The notes: a model not told the origin generated them from the letters alone. A DNA stretch of 64,000 nt from an uncultured Gammaproteobacteria bacterium (GCA_964372415.1 CAYJQH010000002.1:21803-85802), one strand, 5' to 3'; counted from the first letter of the stretch, positions 1 to 9,543 are shown. Numbers and translations are program-made.

Positions 1-1169
1 ATGTCACGTTTCATGAGTTCGAATTCAATCGCCTGGGAGTGAAAAGCGGCGCGGAACAACACGGCGACATTTGAGAGCTTGGTACCGTCACTCAGTAGTT
101 CAAGTATTTGCTCAACAACATATTGTGCCTCTTGTCGATCATCGGCGGCCGGAACCAGGTATGGTTTGTCACCACTTTTTACGACAGCAACCAGGTCCTT
201 TATAAATTGTTCTTTGTTCCCCTTAATCACGGCGTTAGCTACAGCGAGAATTTCTGGCGTTGAGCGGTAGTTGACAACGAGCCTGAAAACCTTTGTTTGA
301 GCGTGATGCTTAGGAAAATCAAGAATGTTTTTGATTTCGGCTGCTCTAAACGAATAAATACTTTGAGCATCATCGCCAACGACCAAAAGGTTACGGTGAA
401 CACTCGATAAAAGTTCAACAATTTCAGCTTGAATTACGTTGGTATCCTGAAACTCATCAACTAGCACGTAACGAAAACGTTGAGCTAACGACTGACGAAC
501 TTCGCTGTCGTCACGCAACAGACGACGAAGCTCAAGAAGTAGGTCATCAAAATCCATCCCCTTACCCTGTCTTTTAGCTTCCTGAAAACGCAAAATAATC
601 TTCGCAATCTCCGTTTCAAACTCTTCAAAGTGCGGATACCGCCATTCCAGCACTTCACGTATCGGAATATTCGCGTTCGCGGCGTAGGAGGCAATGGCCC
701 GGAGCACAGCAGGACTTGGAAAGCGCTTGCCGTGCTCGGCCACGTGAGCCTCTTTCACACAAATTTTCATTAGGTCGTTGGTATCTTCTTCGTCGAGAAT
801 TGAAAAATCATTACCAAAACCTGTTCGCTGGCCATGTAGGCGCAGAATTCGATTAGCAATCGAATGAAAGGTTCCTGCCCACAAGCCTTGCGGATAAATT
901 TTTAATAAGCCTTCAACGCGAATCGCCATCTCTTTGGCCGCCTTGTTGGTAAAGGTCAAAAGCAAAATCTGATCTGGCGGCACGCCGTGTTCCAAAAGCC
1001 AGGCGACGCGATAAGTTACAGTTCGCGTCTTGCCACTCCCTGCCCCGGCCAAGACCAAACACGGCCCGTCACCATTTTCGACCACCGCCAGCTGCTCCTC
1101 ATTGAGCTCCGCCCGATAGTCGATATTCAACTTTCGCCCCTCGGGTGCTGAGAGAACAAATTCTTTCAT
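1..1169 (-). CDS. UvrD/PcrA-family ATP-dependent DNA helicase, N-terminal portion; the 3' end runs off the window start
   Basis: My own translation of the minus strand from the ATG at 1169 gives MKEFVLSAPEG...LVLAGAGSGKTRT (Walker A), TFTNKAAKEM and VDEFQDTN (DExQ box). The ORF is open to position 1. It is missing from the ORF track because no stop falls inside the window. Confidence 0.85.
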   Translation of the reverse strand, partial: MKEFVLSAPEGRKLNIDYRAELNEEQLAVVENGDGPCLVLAGAGSGKTRTVTYRVAWLLEHGVPPDQILLLTFTNKAAKEMAIRVEGLLKIYPQGLWAGTFHSIANRILRLHGQRTGFGNDFSILDEEDTNDLMKICVKEAHVAEHGKRFPSPAVLRAIASYAANANIPIREVLEWRYPHFEEFETEIAKIILRFQEAKRQGKGMDFDDLLLELRRLLRDDSEVRQSLAQRFRYVLVDEFQDTNVIQAEIVELLSSVHRNLLVVGDDAQSIYSFRAAEIKNILDFPKHHAQTKVFRLVVNYRSTPEILAVANAVIKGNKEQFIKDLVAVVKSGDKPYLVPAADDRQEAQYVVEQILELLSDGTKLSNVAVLFRAAFHSQAIEFELMKRD

Positions 1170-1177
1170 AGCGCTGG

Positions 1178-2206
1178 TTAATGGAGGTACCGCGCCTTAT
1201 TTGCCACATGCTCCCCATGTGTCTTAGCGTAATAAATTTCGCCGTCGTCGGTTGTAAGGAAGTAGAGGTAGTCGTTGGGGGTTGGGTTATAGACGGCGGT
1301 CAGTGCGTTTAAGCTTGGGTTACTGATAGGCCCAGGTGGCAGGCCAGGATATTTGTAAGTGTTGTAAAGCGAATCGGTGTTATCGCGTTCTTCGATGGTG
1401 ATTGATGGGCTATCACCGCCTGTTACATAGTTAACCGTCGAATCAGCTTGGAGAGCCATGCCAATATCTAAACGTTTCAAGAAAATATCGGCCACGTTTT
1501 TCATCGTCTCTGGTCGACGAACCTCACGCTCAATAATCGAGGCCAAGGTCAAAAGCTCGTGGGTGGTGTAACCGACAGCGTCACCACTTGGCGTACCGAG
1601 TGAATCAACTCTGGCCTCCATGGTGTCGAGCATGATGGTAGCAATATCGCTGGCCGTTGCCTCGACGTCAAAGCGATAAGTATCAGGAAACAGGTAGCCT
1701 TCGAGGTCGACGTCATCTGGTTTTTGCGCAGCCACTACAAACGCGTGACTCTCAAGACTCGAGGTAGAGCTCGTCGCCTCTGTCCACTCTTCAACCGAGA
1801 CCAAACCCTTCCGTGCTAGCAGCTCCCCCATCTGCTTAATGGTATAGCCCTCAGGAATAGTCACACTAACTTCATTACTAGAGGCAACAGACGTTAGCGC
1901 CCCAAGAATGTCGCTGTAATTATCTTTAGGAACAATGGCATGAACGCCACTTTGAATATTGTTTGTTAGACCGGCTAATTCGGCCACGATCCGAAACCAA
2001 AAGGCACTGGCAATAAAGTCCTGATCTTCAAGACGGTCAGCCATGGCCACAAACGACTCCCCTTCTTCAACCACAAAATCCTGAGTAGCTACATCTTTTC
2101 CCGGATCACGAATAAAGACTTGATAAATCTGGTTTAAAAAAACGAAAAGTCCAACGGACAAAAGCAATAAAATTATGCCGCACGCCATCAACATTTTCTT
2201 AATCAT
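1178..2206 (-). CDS. mltG: Endolytic murein transglycosylase MltG (YceG-like)
   Basis: 342 aa with an N-terminal TM helix and a YceG-like domain (…NPTPNDYLYFLTTDDGEIYYAKTHGEH). Overlaps the upstream gene by 4 nt. Confidence 0.8.
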   Translation of the reverse strand: MIKKMLMACGIILLLLSVGLFVFLNQIYQVFIRDPGKDVATQDFVVEEGESFVAMADRLEDQDFIASAFWFRIVAELAGLTNNIQSGVHAIVPKDNYSDILGALTSVASSNEVSVTIPEGYTIKQMGELLARKGLVSVEEWTEATSSTSSLESHAFVVAAQKPDDVDLEGYLFPDTYRFDVEATASDIATIMLDTMEARVDSLGTPSGDAVGYTTHELLTLASIIEREVRRPETMKNVADIFLKRLDIGMALQADSTVNYVTGGDSPSITIEERDNTDSLYNTYKYPGLPPGPISNPSLNALTAVYNPTPNDYLYFLTTDDGEIYYAKTHGEHVANKARYLH

Positions 2207-2955
2207 ACGCGGCCATTGTACCGGTCCTTAACAAAGGCCTCAACTCGAGCCAAACGTTCGTGAGTACCAGAGTCAAACCACGGCTCGGTGGCGTGATAAA
2301 AGCCGAGTGGTCGACCACACTTCGCAAGCGACGGCCACAGGTGCGCCTCGTTGGAGACAGGGAGATCTTCCGGTACGTGACTGCGTATCGCCGGCGTCAT
2401 AACGTACCAGCCAGATGAAACAAAGACGGTTGGTTGTTTGCGGAGTTCGTCACCGCGGTTGCGGTCGACATACTCGACAAGTTGCGTTCGCGAGTCATCC
2501 GGAGCCAGAAGCTCGTAATTCAATGCATTTGCGCTCGGGATTTCGATCGCCGCGATCGTCGCCGCAGCCCCAAGCGAACGATGTCGATCAAGAAATTTTA
2601 GCACCTCGATCCAAAAAAGATTGTCAGCATTCAGTACAAAAAAATTATCGGCCAATTTGTTCCAGTCAACAAGTTTCGTCCAACCCCCCGTGCCCATGGG
2701 ACTTGGCTCTCGTAAATACGACAATTGCAATCCTTGTGCAGAACCATCACCGAAAGTTTCTTCAATCATGTGCCCAAGATGGGCTGTCGCAATAGCAATA
2801 TTAGTAATTCCTGCCGACTTGAGGTGCTCGAGGACATAGGACATCATGGGTCGACCCGCAATCGGCACTAAGGGTTTTGGCAGATTATCCGTAAGTGGCG
2901 AGAGACGCGTTCCCTTGCCACCAGCTAAGACTATCGCTTGAATCTTCTCCTTCAT
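2203..2955 (-). CDS. Sugar-1-phosphate nucleotidyltransferase (NTP_transferase family, RmlA/GalU-like)
   Basis: N-terminal LAGGKGTRLSPLTDNLPKPLVPIAG motif typical of sugar-phosphate nucleotidyltransferases; 250 aa. Confidence 0.75.
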   Translation of the reverse strand: MKEKIQAIVLAGGKGTRLSPLTDNLPKPLVPIAGRPMMSYVLEHLKSAGITNIAIATAHLGHMIEETFGDGSAQGLQLSYLREPSPMGTGGWTKLVDWNKLADNFFVLNADNLFWIEVLKFLDRHRSLGAAATIAAIEIPSANALNYELLAPDDSRTQLVEYVDRNRGDELRKQPTVFVSSGWYVMTPAIRSHVPEDLPVSNEAHLWPSLAKCGRPLGFYHATEPWFDSGTHERLARVEAFVKDRYNGRV

Positions 2956-3036
2956 AATCGCGCCTTAGATTAAACTAAAAATACCCAAAACGTCAAAAAC
3001 GTCCTAGATGTCATCTGTGACGTCTTAAACGTCTCT

Positions 3037-3558
3037 TCAAAGAGAAAAAGTAAGAATGTAAGCAAGACCGAAAAGGGCACCAAGAAAAAAGCCAAGCATG
3101 ACATCAAAAAAGTAATGAACTCCAACAATGAGTCGAGACAAGCCAATCAGTAAGGTCGTAATTCCTAGAATGACGTACAGCCCAAAATCTAAGATAACGC
3201 TGCCAGTCTGACCACTCGCTAAAACAAGAGCCCAGGCGGCGCTCACAAAAGCATGGGCAGACGGACAAGCGAAAGTTCTGTACCAAAGTTTGTAATTAGT
3301 TTTACTCTCTTCTCTCGGCCGCTCACGGCGGATAATGTTTTGCAAAGCCAGAGCCAAGGGGTAGGCCAGCATGGGTGGCAAAACGATATGCAAGATATGC
3401 AAACCGTTTTGCCACAACAGAAAGGTCCCCACCAGCACAAAAAGCCACATTCCGTTTCCGGCGACACGTCGCCAAAAATCAAGCTGTGGCTTTCCCCACC
3501 GCTCAAGCTGTTCAGTTAACTCAACATCTCGTTCGCGTAATCGCTTGTGGAGGGTCAT
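3037..3558 (-). CDS. PAP2-family membrane phosphatase (undecaprenyl-PP / phosphatidic acid phosphatase-like)
   Basis: Multi-TM protein with the PAP2 motifs KxxxxxxRP-like, PSAHA (PSGH) and SRLIVGVHYFFDV (SRxxxxxHxxxD). Confidence 0.7.
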   Translation of the reverse strand: MTLHKRLRERDVELTEQLERWGKPQLDFWRRVAGNGMWLFVLVGTFLLWQNGLHILHIVLPPMLAYPLALALQNIIRRERPREESKTNYKLWYRTFACPSAHAFVSAAWALVLASGQTGSVILDFGLYVILGITTLLIGLSRLIVGVHYFFDVMLGFFLGALFGLAYILTFSL

Positions 3559-3561
3559 GGG

Positions 3562-4383
3562 TTACTCTTCGAGGCAGAATGTCTGCTGTGATAAATAGGT
3601 GTTTTGGGCACCTCCTACCTTCTCTTCTGGAGCTTCATAGACGTTCGTCTCTACACAGTTACGATCGAGCCATCGAAGGTTATATGCGGTACCAGTTCCG
3701 CCGAGATCAGCTATCGCACCATAAAATACCTCGTCCGTCTCACCGATGACTTCGGTTTCGCCACTCAACAAGTCCAACACGACAAGCTGATTTCCGGTTT
3801 CAGAAACTGCTGCGTCCATATCATACGGAACAAAAGCGAGTTTAGTCTGGTCGGGAGAAACCTCAAAAGCATCCATAATGACGTATGAATCTTGAGCGAA
3901 ATCTACTAATTTCTGGTCTCCTTCAGTATTCAAGTTGAGTTCATGAAGTTGTAGAAACGGGTTATCGCCTTCTCCTACAAGATGGACAAAAACGCGCCCG
4001 TCGTAGCCCACCTGAGGAACTGCGACGACTTCAACAAAACCACCTATACCTGTTTCGAACACGGTGGTTTCACGACCGGTTTGACGATTGATGATTAAAA
4101 GTTGTTGACCGTATGGATAGCCACCTTCAAGCTTTTTGGTGTAAAGAAGTGGCGCTAACATTGGAGCCTCTTCACGTTGCTCTTGAAATTTAGCAATAGC
4201 TTGGCTTTGGGTTTTTTGGAGATTGGAGTATTGAACAATCACGTAACCAAGGGCGAGTGTCTCGAGGGCAAGAAGAAAAGCCAGGAGAGCCGTGACGATC
4301 GGGTGAATTCCCGAACGGTCAACGTGAATAGATGACGGTTGTTCAATCTCGACTGGCGTCGGTTTCATTTCCGGGTTGTCCAT
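3562..4383 (-). CDS. Hypothetical membrane-anchored protein
   Basis: ORF with one TM helix and a soluble domain of unknown function. The ORF track starts at a GTG at 4410, but an ATG at 4383 (MDNPEMKPT) lies just downstream of repeat element E1, so I prefer it. Confidence 0.5.
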   Translation of the reverse strand: MDNPEMKPTPVEIEQPSSIHVDRSGIHPIVTALLAFLLALETLALGYVIVQYSNLQKTQSQAIAKFQEQREEAPMLAPLLYTKKLEGGYPYGQQLLIINRQTGRETTVFETGIGGFVEVVAVPQVGYDGRVFVHLVGEGDNPFLQLHELNLNTEGDQKLVDFAQDSYVIMDAFEVSPDQTKLAFVPYDMDAAVSETGNQLVVLDLLSGETEVIGETDEVFYGAIADLGGTGTAYNLRWLDRNCVETNVYEAPEEKVGGAQNTYLSQQTFCLEE

Positions 4384-4404
4384 AATCTGTTTACTAACCT
4401 TAAA

Positions 4405-4492
4405 GCCCACTCTGAGAGACAGCGAAGAGTTAGGTTGGTTCGGCGAAAAAATTTCGTCTTACGACCTAACCCCTCACTTTAGTTCGGGGTGG
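4405..4492. repeat. Copy 1 of the 'E' intergenic repeat (…CGAAGAGTTAGGTTGG…CCTAACCCCTCACTTTAGTTCGGGGTGG)
   Basis: Near-identical 28-nt core shared with 8961-9033, and a related copy at 46055-46130. In all three loci it sits between two minus-strand genes, immediately 5' of the downstream gene's start. Confidence 0.7.
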
Positions 4493-4532
4493 ATTCAAAT
4501 AAATTTCAATCCAGTATACCAGCTGATGGCGG

Positions 4533-5978
4533 TTATGTTACACGTTTCTTCAAAAAGCGAATCGCTTGGTCACGAGTCGTGACCTTACCGTGGTCACGAG
4601 CTTCCTCTAGCATACGTTGCAACTCCCCCACTTTGGGCCCAGGTTCAAGTCCTAGAAGATCGATAATCTCGCCGCCCGTGAGGAGTGGGGTTTTTATGGA
4701 TTCGAGAAGGCTATTTTGAGCGACAGCTTGACGCATGACCTCACCGGGAAGGTACGGAGCGGTTGTCGCATCCTTAACTCCCCGACCACGAACGTCGGCC
4801 TCGGTGACTTTCAAATATACCTCGAATGACGTTTCGCCGAGTCGACGGAGCAGTCGACGCACTGCATACACGTAAGATTCGTCATTCAAGTGACCGAGTT
4901 GGAGTTCGCGATACAACATTGAAGGCTTAAGATGATCTTTAACGATTCTTACCACGGAATCCTCGATCTCCCGACCAAAAGTAAACTTTTTAAGCAAACT
5001 CCGCGTCGGCTTCTCGCCTGCCTCCTCGTGGCCACGCGAACGTATTCGACCATCAATAATTGCTGTCGTTGTTGCCTTGCCTAGGTCATGACACAAGGCG
5101 CCTAACATTACCGTGAGCTGGTCTTCGAGGGTCAACTGACGATCCAAAATTAGCTTTGCGGCCTGATCGATAACCATCAGGCTATGAGTCCAAACGTCCC
5201 CCTCGGGGTGCCATTCAGGTTCCTGGTCTGTAGTCTTTAGAACAAACAGTTCTGGATAATATTTTTCGATAATCCCCAAAGCCCACATCAAACGAAAACC
5301 CACCGAAGGTAGCGTGGCTTTCAACAAAAGCTTACGCCATTCGTCGCTCACTCGTTCTTTAGGTAATTCGTTTAGGTCACCACGTTCGATCATTTGTGTC
5401 ATGAGTGCGAATGTCTTGTCTTCAAGGGTAAAGCCGAGGCGAGCCGCAAGTTGAATACCGCGAAAAACCCGTAAGGGATCTTCCTGAAAAGTCGCCGTGT
5501 CAACAACTTGCAAAACTTTTGCTTCAAGGTGAACCTGACCCTGATAAGGGTCATGAAGAACTTCCGTTAGAGGATCAAGACTTATGGCATTGACCGTGAA
5601 GTCCCGCCGGCGAGCCGCCTCACGAAACGACATTTCGGGCGCGCTCTCGGTGACAAAGCCCCTGTGTCCCTTGCCAACTTTAGACTCTCGGCGCGGCGTG
5701 CCGATGTCTATTTCGTATTCATCTGAATACACTTTCAGAATCCCAAATGACGAACCAACAAGATCAACTCGCGGGAACATTTCTTTCACAACCGAGTGAA
5801 GCTTGTCGGGGTGAACGCCGTAAACTTCGAGGTCAATGTCTTTTACTTCTTTACCGAGCAGTCGATCGCGCACATAGCCGCCAACCAAAAGCGCCCGCGG
5901 AGTCACGGGTGCATAAGTAGCATCTGGCTCAAGCTCGGCGATGCGTTTGGCAAACTCGAGAATTGCTTTGGGAAACAT
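4533..5978 (-). CDS. cca: CCA-adding tRNA nucleotidyltransferase (class II, with HD domain)
   Basis: GGYVRDRLLG polymerase-beta head motif, then an HD domain (HDLGK); 481 aa. Confidence 0.85.
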   Translation of the reverse strand: MFPKAILEFAKRIAELEPDATYAPVTPRALLVGGYVRDRLLGKEVKDIDLEVYGVHPDKLHSVVKEMFPRVDLVGSSFGILKVYSDEYEIDIGTPRRESKVGKGHRGFVTESAPEMSFREAARRRDFTVNAISLDPLTEVLHDPYQGQVHLEAKVLQVVDTATFQEDPLRVFRGIQLAARLGFTLEDKTFALMTQMIERGDLNELPKERVSDEWRKLLLKATLPSVGFRLMWALGIIEKYYPELFVLKTTDQEPEWHPEGDVWTHSLMVIDQAAKLILDRQLTLEDQLTVMLGALCHDLGKATTTAIIDGRIRSRGHEEAGEKPTRSLLKKFTFGREIEDSVVRIVKDHLKPSMLYRELQLGHLNDESYVYAVRRLLRRLGETSFEVYLKVTEADVRGRGVKDATTAPYLPGEVMRQAVAQNSLLESIKTPLLTGGEIIDLLGLEPGPKVGELQRMLEEARDHGKVTTRDQAIRFLKKRVT

Positions 5979-6114
5979 GGGCTAGTAAGAATAAACCATA
6001 TTCGTCATTGCGAAGGAGGTATTTATTTCCGACTGAAGCAATCTTTGGTTTACAGATTGCTTCGTCCCGCTCATATTCATTCGGGGTCCGCGCAAAGACG
6101 GAAATATGCAGTCA

Positions 6115-7716
6115 TCACAAAAGAGGGGTTCCGGTCATTTGAGGTGGCTGTTCAAGCCCAAGAATCTTTAGGAAAGTGGGGGCCACATCAGCCAGCATGC
6201 CAATTGGCGGCATAAGTGACAAATCACCGTTTGGTACATCACCAGCAATTGAGGGTTTGCCCTCAAATTCCTTGCCAACAATCCAAAATGGCACGGGGTT
6301 TGTGCTGTGCTCCTTATCTATGGCGTGGGTTTGTAAGTTTAAAACTTCTTCAGCGTTTCCGTGATCAGCAGTGATACAAACCACGCCGCCGGCTTCGAGT
6401 GTGGCCGCAACTATTTTACCCACACAATCATCTACCGTTTCTACAGCCTTGATGGTGGCAGTCACGTTTCCAGTGTGCGCTACCATGTCGGGGTTGGCAA
6501 AGTTCGCAACGATCACATCGTAATTGCCAGTTTGGATCTCTTTAACTACTCGTTCGGTAATTTGCGAGCCACTCATCGCTGGCTCTAAATCGTAACTCGC
6601 CACCTGAGGCGAGGGTATAAGCACTCTGTCTTCGTTTGCAAAAGGTTTCTCTCGTGTGCCGTTAAAAAAGAACGTCACATGGGCATACTTTTCGGTTTCG
6701 GCAATATGGAGTTGAACAAGTCCAGCATCAGAAATAACCTCGGTCAAACCTTTAGTGATCGATTCCGGCGGAAAAGCTACATCAACCGGGAGCCCCGCCT
6801 CATATTCGGTCATGGTGACAAAGGTTAAGTTTTTGATGAACTGGCGTGAGAATTTGTCGAACGATGGTAAAACAAAAGCTCTGGTTAATTGTCGAGCCCG
6901 ATCAGGTCGGTAATTAAAAAAAATTACTGCGTCCCCTTCTTTTACCGTGGCCTTGGGACGCCCAGCTTGAGTAAGAACAGTTGGTTTAAATTCCTCATCA
7001 TAAATTTCTTGGGCGTAAGATTCCTCAAGGGCCTTTAGTGGATCTTCGGCTGTGACCACACCCTGACCGTGAACAATGGCGTTATACGCCTTCTCAATTC
7101 GATCCCAACGATTATCACGGTCCATGGCAAAATAACGACCGGATAACGTAGCTAGATACCCCACGCCAAGTCTCTGAATTTTTTCAAGGAGACTTTTTAC
7201 AAAATCAAGGCCTGAGTTATAAAGCGTGTCCCGACCATCCAGAAAAGCATGCACCGCGACATCCTTGAGCTTAGCTTTTTTACACAAAGCGAGCAGTTGA
7301 TGACAATGATCATCAAACGAATGAACTTTGCCGGAAGACAGGAGTCCCATGAGGTGCAGAGTACCGCCACTTTCCTTAACCTTGGCAAAAGCTTTCTCAA
7401 AAACAGGATTTTTTTCAAAAGTCCCATCAACAATAGCTTTGTTAATTCGTGGCAAAGTTTGGTAATACACTCGGCCAGCGCCAATCGCCAAATGCCCGAC
7501 CTCAGAGTTGCCCATTTCACCCCAATTTAAACCAACATCGTCGCCCGAAGCGCGAAGAGTCATGGTTGGATAACGTTCAGTTAACATCTTAAAAGTTGGC
7601 GTGTTGGCTCTCGTAATCGCGTTTCCTTCACCGTCTGGCGCAACGCCAAAACCATCTAAGATAAGAAGAACCGCCGGACGCGGTCGCTCACCACCACGTG
7701 ATTGCTGTGTCCCCAT
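6115..7716 (-). CDS. gpmI: 2,3-bisphosphoglycerate-independent phosphoglycerate mutase
   Basis: 533 aa; LLILDGFG…NSEVGH…ITADHGN are canonical iPGM motifs. Confidence 0.9.
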   Translation of the reverse strand: MGTQQSRGGERPRPAVLLILDGFGVAPDGEGNAITRANTPTFKMLTERYPTMTLRASGDDVGLNWGEMGNSEVGHLAIGAGRVYYQTLPRINKAIVDGTFEKNPVFEKAFAKVKESGGTLHLMGLLSSGKVHSFDDHCHQLLALCKKAKLKDVAVHAFLDGRDTLYNSGLDFVKSLLEKIQRLGVGYLATLSGRYFAMDRDNRWDRIEKAYNAIVHGQGVVTAEDPLKALEESYAQEIYDEEFKPTVLTQAGRPKATVKEGDAVIFFNYRPDRARQLTRAFVLPSFDKFSRQFIKNLTFVTMTEYEAGLPVDVAFPPESITKGLTEVISDAGLVQLHIAETEKYAHVTFFFNGTREKPFANEDRVLIPSPQVASYDLEPAMSGSQITERVVKEIQTGNYDVIVANFANPDMVAHTGNVTATIKAVETVDDCVGKIVAATLEAGGVVCITADHGNAEEVLNLQTHAIDKEHSTNPVPFWIVGKEFEGKPSIAGDVPNGDLSLMPPIGMLADVAPTFLKILGLEQPPQMTGTPLL

Positions 7717-7760
7717 AACAGGGGCATTCTAGCATAAAACAGTAGATCGATTCAGATCCG

Positions 7761-8084
7761 CTACTGCTTTAATGCAACCTCCGGTGATTGAACCGAAATG
7801 TATTTAACGTTGGTGATTTTTGTGAGACCCAGAAATACCTCCCGTTCCTCAATGCTCGACAAAGAGCGAAGTCGATCAATTTCTGCTGCCAAGCGGTCAT
7901 TCTCTTGGCGTAGACTTTCGTTAGCTTCAATAAAATCGCGCATCATGTACCCCTTAGTAGATGCTGCATTGACCTGAATAATATACAAAATGCCAAAGGC
8001 TAAAATGAGACCGAGAACCAACACGCGCCACGTTTTTTCGTTGCTTATTAGGTGTCGCCAAATTCCTCCTCCTGTCATGGTCAT
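7761..8084 (-). CDS. ftsL: FtsL-like cell division protein (TM anchor plus coiled coil)
   Basis: 107 aa with a single TM helix followed by a leucine-rich coiled coil. Sits immediately downstream of rsmH, as in dcw clusters. Confidence 0.55.
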   Translation of the reverse strand: MTMTGGGIWRHLISNEKTWRVLVLGLILAFGILYIIQVNAASTKGYMMRDFIEANESLRQENDRLAAEIDRLRSLSSIEEREVFLGLTKITNVKYISVQSPEVALKQ

Positions 8085-8087
8085 ACT

Positions 8088-8942
8088 TTAGCGTCGTTCA
8101 GCCAAGCGCAATTTTGCGCTGCGTGCGCGCGGGTTATCTTCAACCTCGTCGCGGCCAGGAACGATCGGTTTTTTGGTAATGGATAAAAGTCCCTTCTGCT
8201 CTTTGAGCCACAACTTCACTTGACGATCTTCGAGCGAATGGAAGCTGATAACAGCCAGCCTACCGCCCGGTGTCAAGACTTCACGCGCTGCCTCCAAACC
8301 CTTGGCCAGTTCGCCAAGCTCATCGTTTACAATCATGCGGAGAGCTTGAAAAACTTTGGTCGCTGGATGAATTTTGCCCCGGCGGGCCACGACCTCTTCA
8401 ATAACTTCTGCCAGCTGCTTCGTGCTTGTAATGCGATCTCGCCGTCTGGCTTCAAAAATAGCTTTGGCAATAATCGCTGCCTTAGGTTCTTCACCTAACT
8501 GACGAAAGAGCGTTGCCAGTTCCTCGCGCGACCAGCTGTTCACCACTTCTTCGGCAGTTAACGACTGTTGTATGTCGTAACGCATATCGAGCGGGCCATC
8601 GTTCATGAATGAAAAGCCTCGAGCTGGGTCATCCACATGAACCGAGGAAAATCCCAGGTCCAGGAGTACCGCTTGAGCTCTCGTTACATGATTCCTAATG
8701 TCAGCGAACGAAGCGTGGACGAGGGTTACTCGTTCGCCAAATTCCCGCAATCGCTCAGTGGCTAGTTCAAGATTCCTCGTATCACGATCAAAACCGATAA
8801 GTTTGCCGTCCGGAGCGATTTGCTCGAGCATAAGACTCGCGTGTCCGCCAAGTCCCACGGTGCCATCAATCACAGTCATACCTGGCTTCAGCTGAAGCCC
8901 TTCGAGAATCTCTTTTGCTAGAACCGGGATGTGTTGGGTCAT
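8088..8942 (-). CDS. rsmH: 16S rRNA (cytosine1402-N4)-methyltransferase RsmH (MraW)
   Basis: HIPVLAKEILEGL…GTVGLGGHAS matches RsmH. The ORF track start (8963) is a GTG that overlaps repeat E2, so I prefer the ATG at 8942 (MTQHIPVL). Confidence 0.85.
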   Translation of the reverse strand: MTQHIPVLAKEILEGLQLKPGMTVIDGTVGLGGHASLMLEQIAPDGKLIGFDRDTRNLELATERLREFGERVTLVHASFADIRNHVTRAQAVLLDLGFSSVHVDDPARGFSFMNDGPLDMRYDIQQSLTAEEVVNSWSREELATLFRQLGEEPKAAIIAKAIFEARRRDRITSTKQLAEVIEEVVARRGKIHPATKVFQALRMIVNDELGELAKGLEAAREVLTPGGRLAVISFHSLEDRQVKLWLKEQKGLLSITKKPIVPGRDEVEDNPRARSAKLRLAERR

Positions 8943-8960
8943 AAGGAAGAACAACGCTGC

Positions 8961-9033
8961 CACTCCGAGCGAATGCGAGGAGTTAGGTCGGCGTGCTGTT
9001 TGGGGAACTAACCCCTCACTTTCGTTCGGGGTG
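8961..9033. repeat. Copy 2 of the 'E' intergenic repeat
   Basis: CCACTCCGAGCGAATGCGAGGAGTTAGGTCGG…ACTAACCCCTCACTTTCGTTCGGGGTGG. Matches E1 at 26 of 28 positions in the core and E3 in the 5' half. Confidence 0.7.
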
Positions 9034-9049
9034 GCAAGTAAGGCGAACC

Positions 9050-9481
9050 TTAAATACCCATTCCTCCCAATTGTTCAGCGATCGCTGTTGAATCCTCCTC
9101 GGCCTGTTTGGCGTAAGCCTCCCAGGTCGTCTTGTCCCATAGTTCCAAACGCGTCTGAACACCGACCATGATCACTTCTTTCCGTAGTTTTGCGAACTCT
9201 CGCAAATACTCCGGCACAATAAACCTTCCTTGCTTATCAAGCTCAACAGCCATAGCGCCAGCGAGCATAAAGCGCGCAAAAGCCCTAGAGTTGGCTTGCC
9301 CCAGGGGCAAACTAGCAATTTTTTCGGCCAGTTTCCCCCACTCCTCTTTAGGGAGCAAGAAAAGTGAAGCGTCGAGACCCCGCGTCACAACTGCCCCGTT
9401 CGCGAAGGTCTCACGCAACTTCACCGGAACGGCGAGCCGCCCCTTATCGTCGATGGTGATTTGGTATTCGCCAATGAGCAT
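9050..9481 (-). CDS. mraZ: Transcriptional regulator MraZ
   Basis: 143 aa with two MraZ/SpoVT-AbrB repeats (DDKGRLAVP…; DKQGRFIVP…). Confidence 0.85.
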   Translation of the reverse strand: MLIGEYQITIDDKGRLAVPVKLRETFANGAVVTRGLDASLFLLPKEEWGKLAEKIASLPLGQANSRAFARFMLAGAMAVELDKQGRFIVPEYLREFAKLRKEVIMVGVQTRLELWDKTTWEAYAKQAEEDSTAIAEQLGGMGI

Positions 9482-9498
9482 AGCAGTGTGAATTCCAT

Positions 9499-9543
9499 GT
9501 CACGAGTAACCCATCGCCAAAGAGTTGACGGGTTACTCATGAC
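9499..9543. promoter_or_regulatory. 14-bp inverted repeat (GTCACGAGTAACCC-N17-GGGTTACTCATGAC) just upstream of mraZ
   Basis: Near-perfect inverted repeat (13 of 14) lying 18-62 nt upstream of the mraZ ATG on the minus strand. Candidate operator or promoter-embedded hairpin. Confidence 0.4.
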
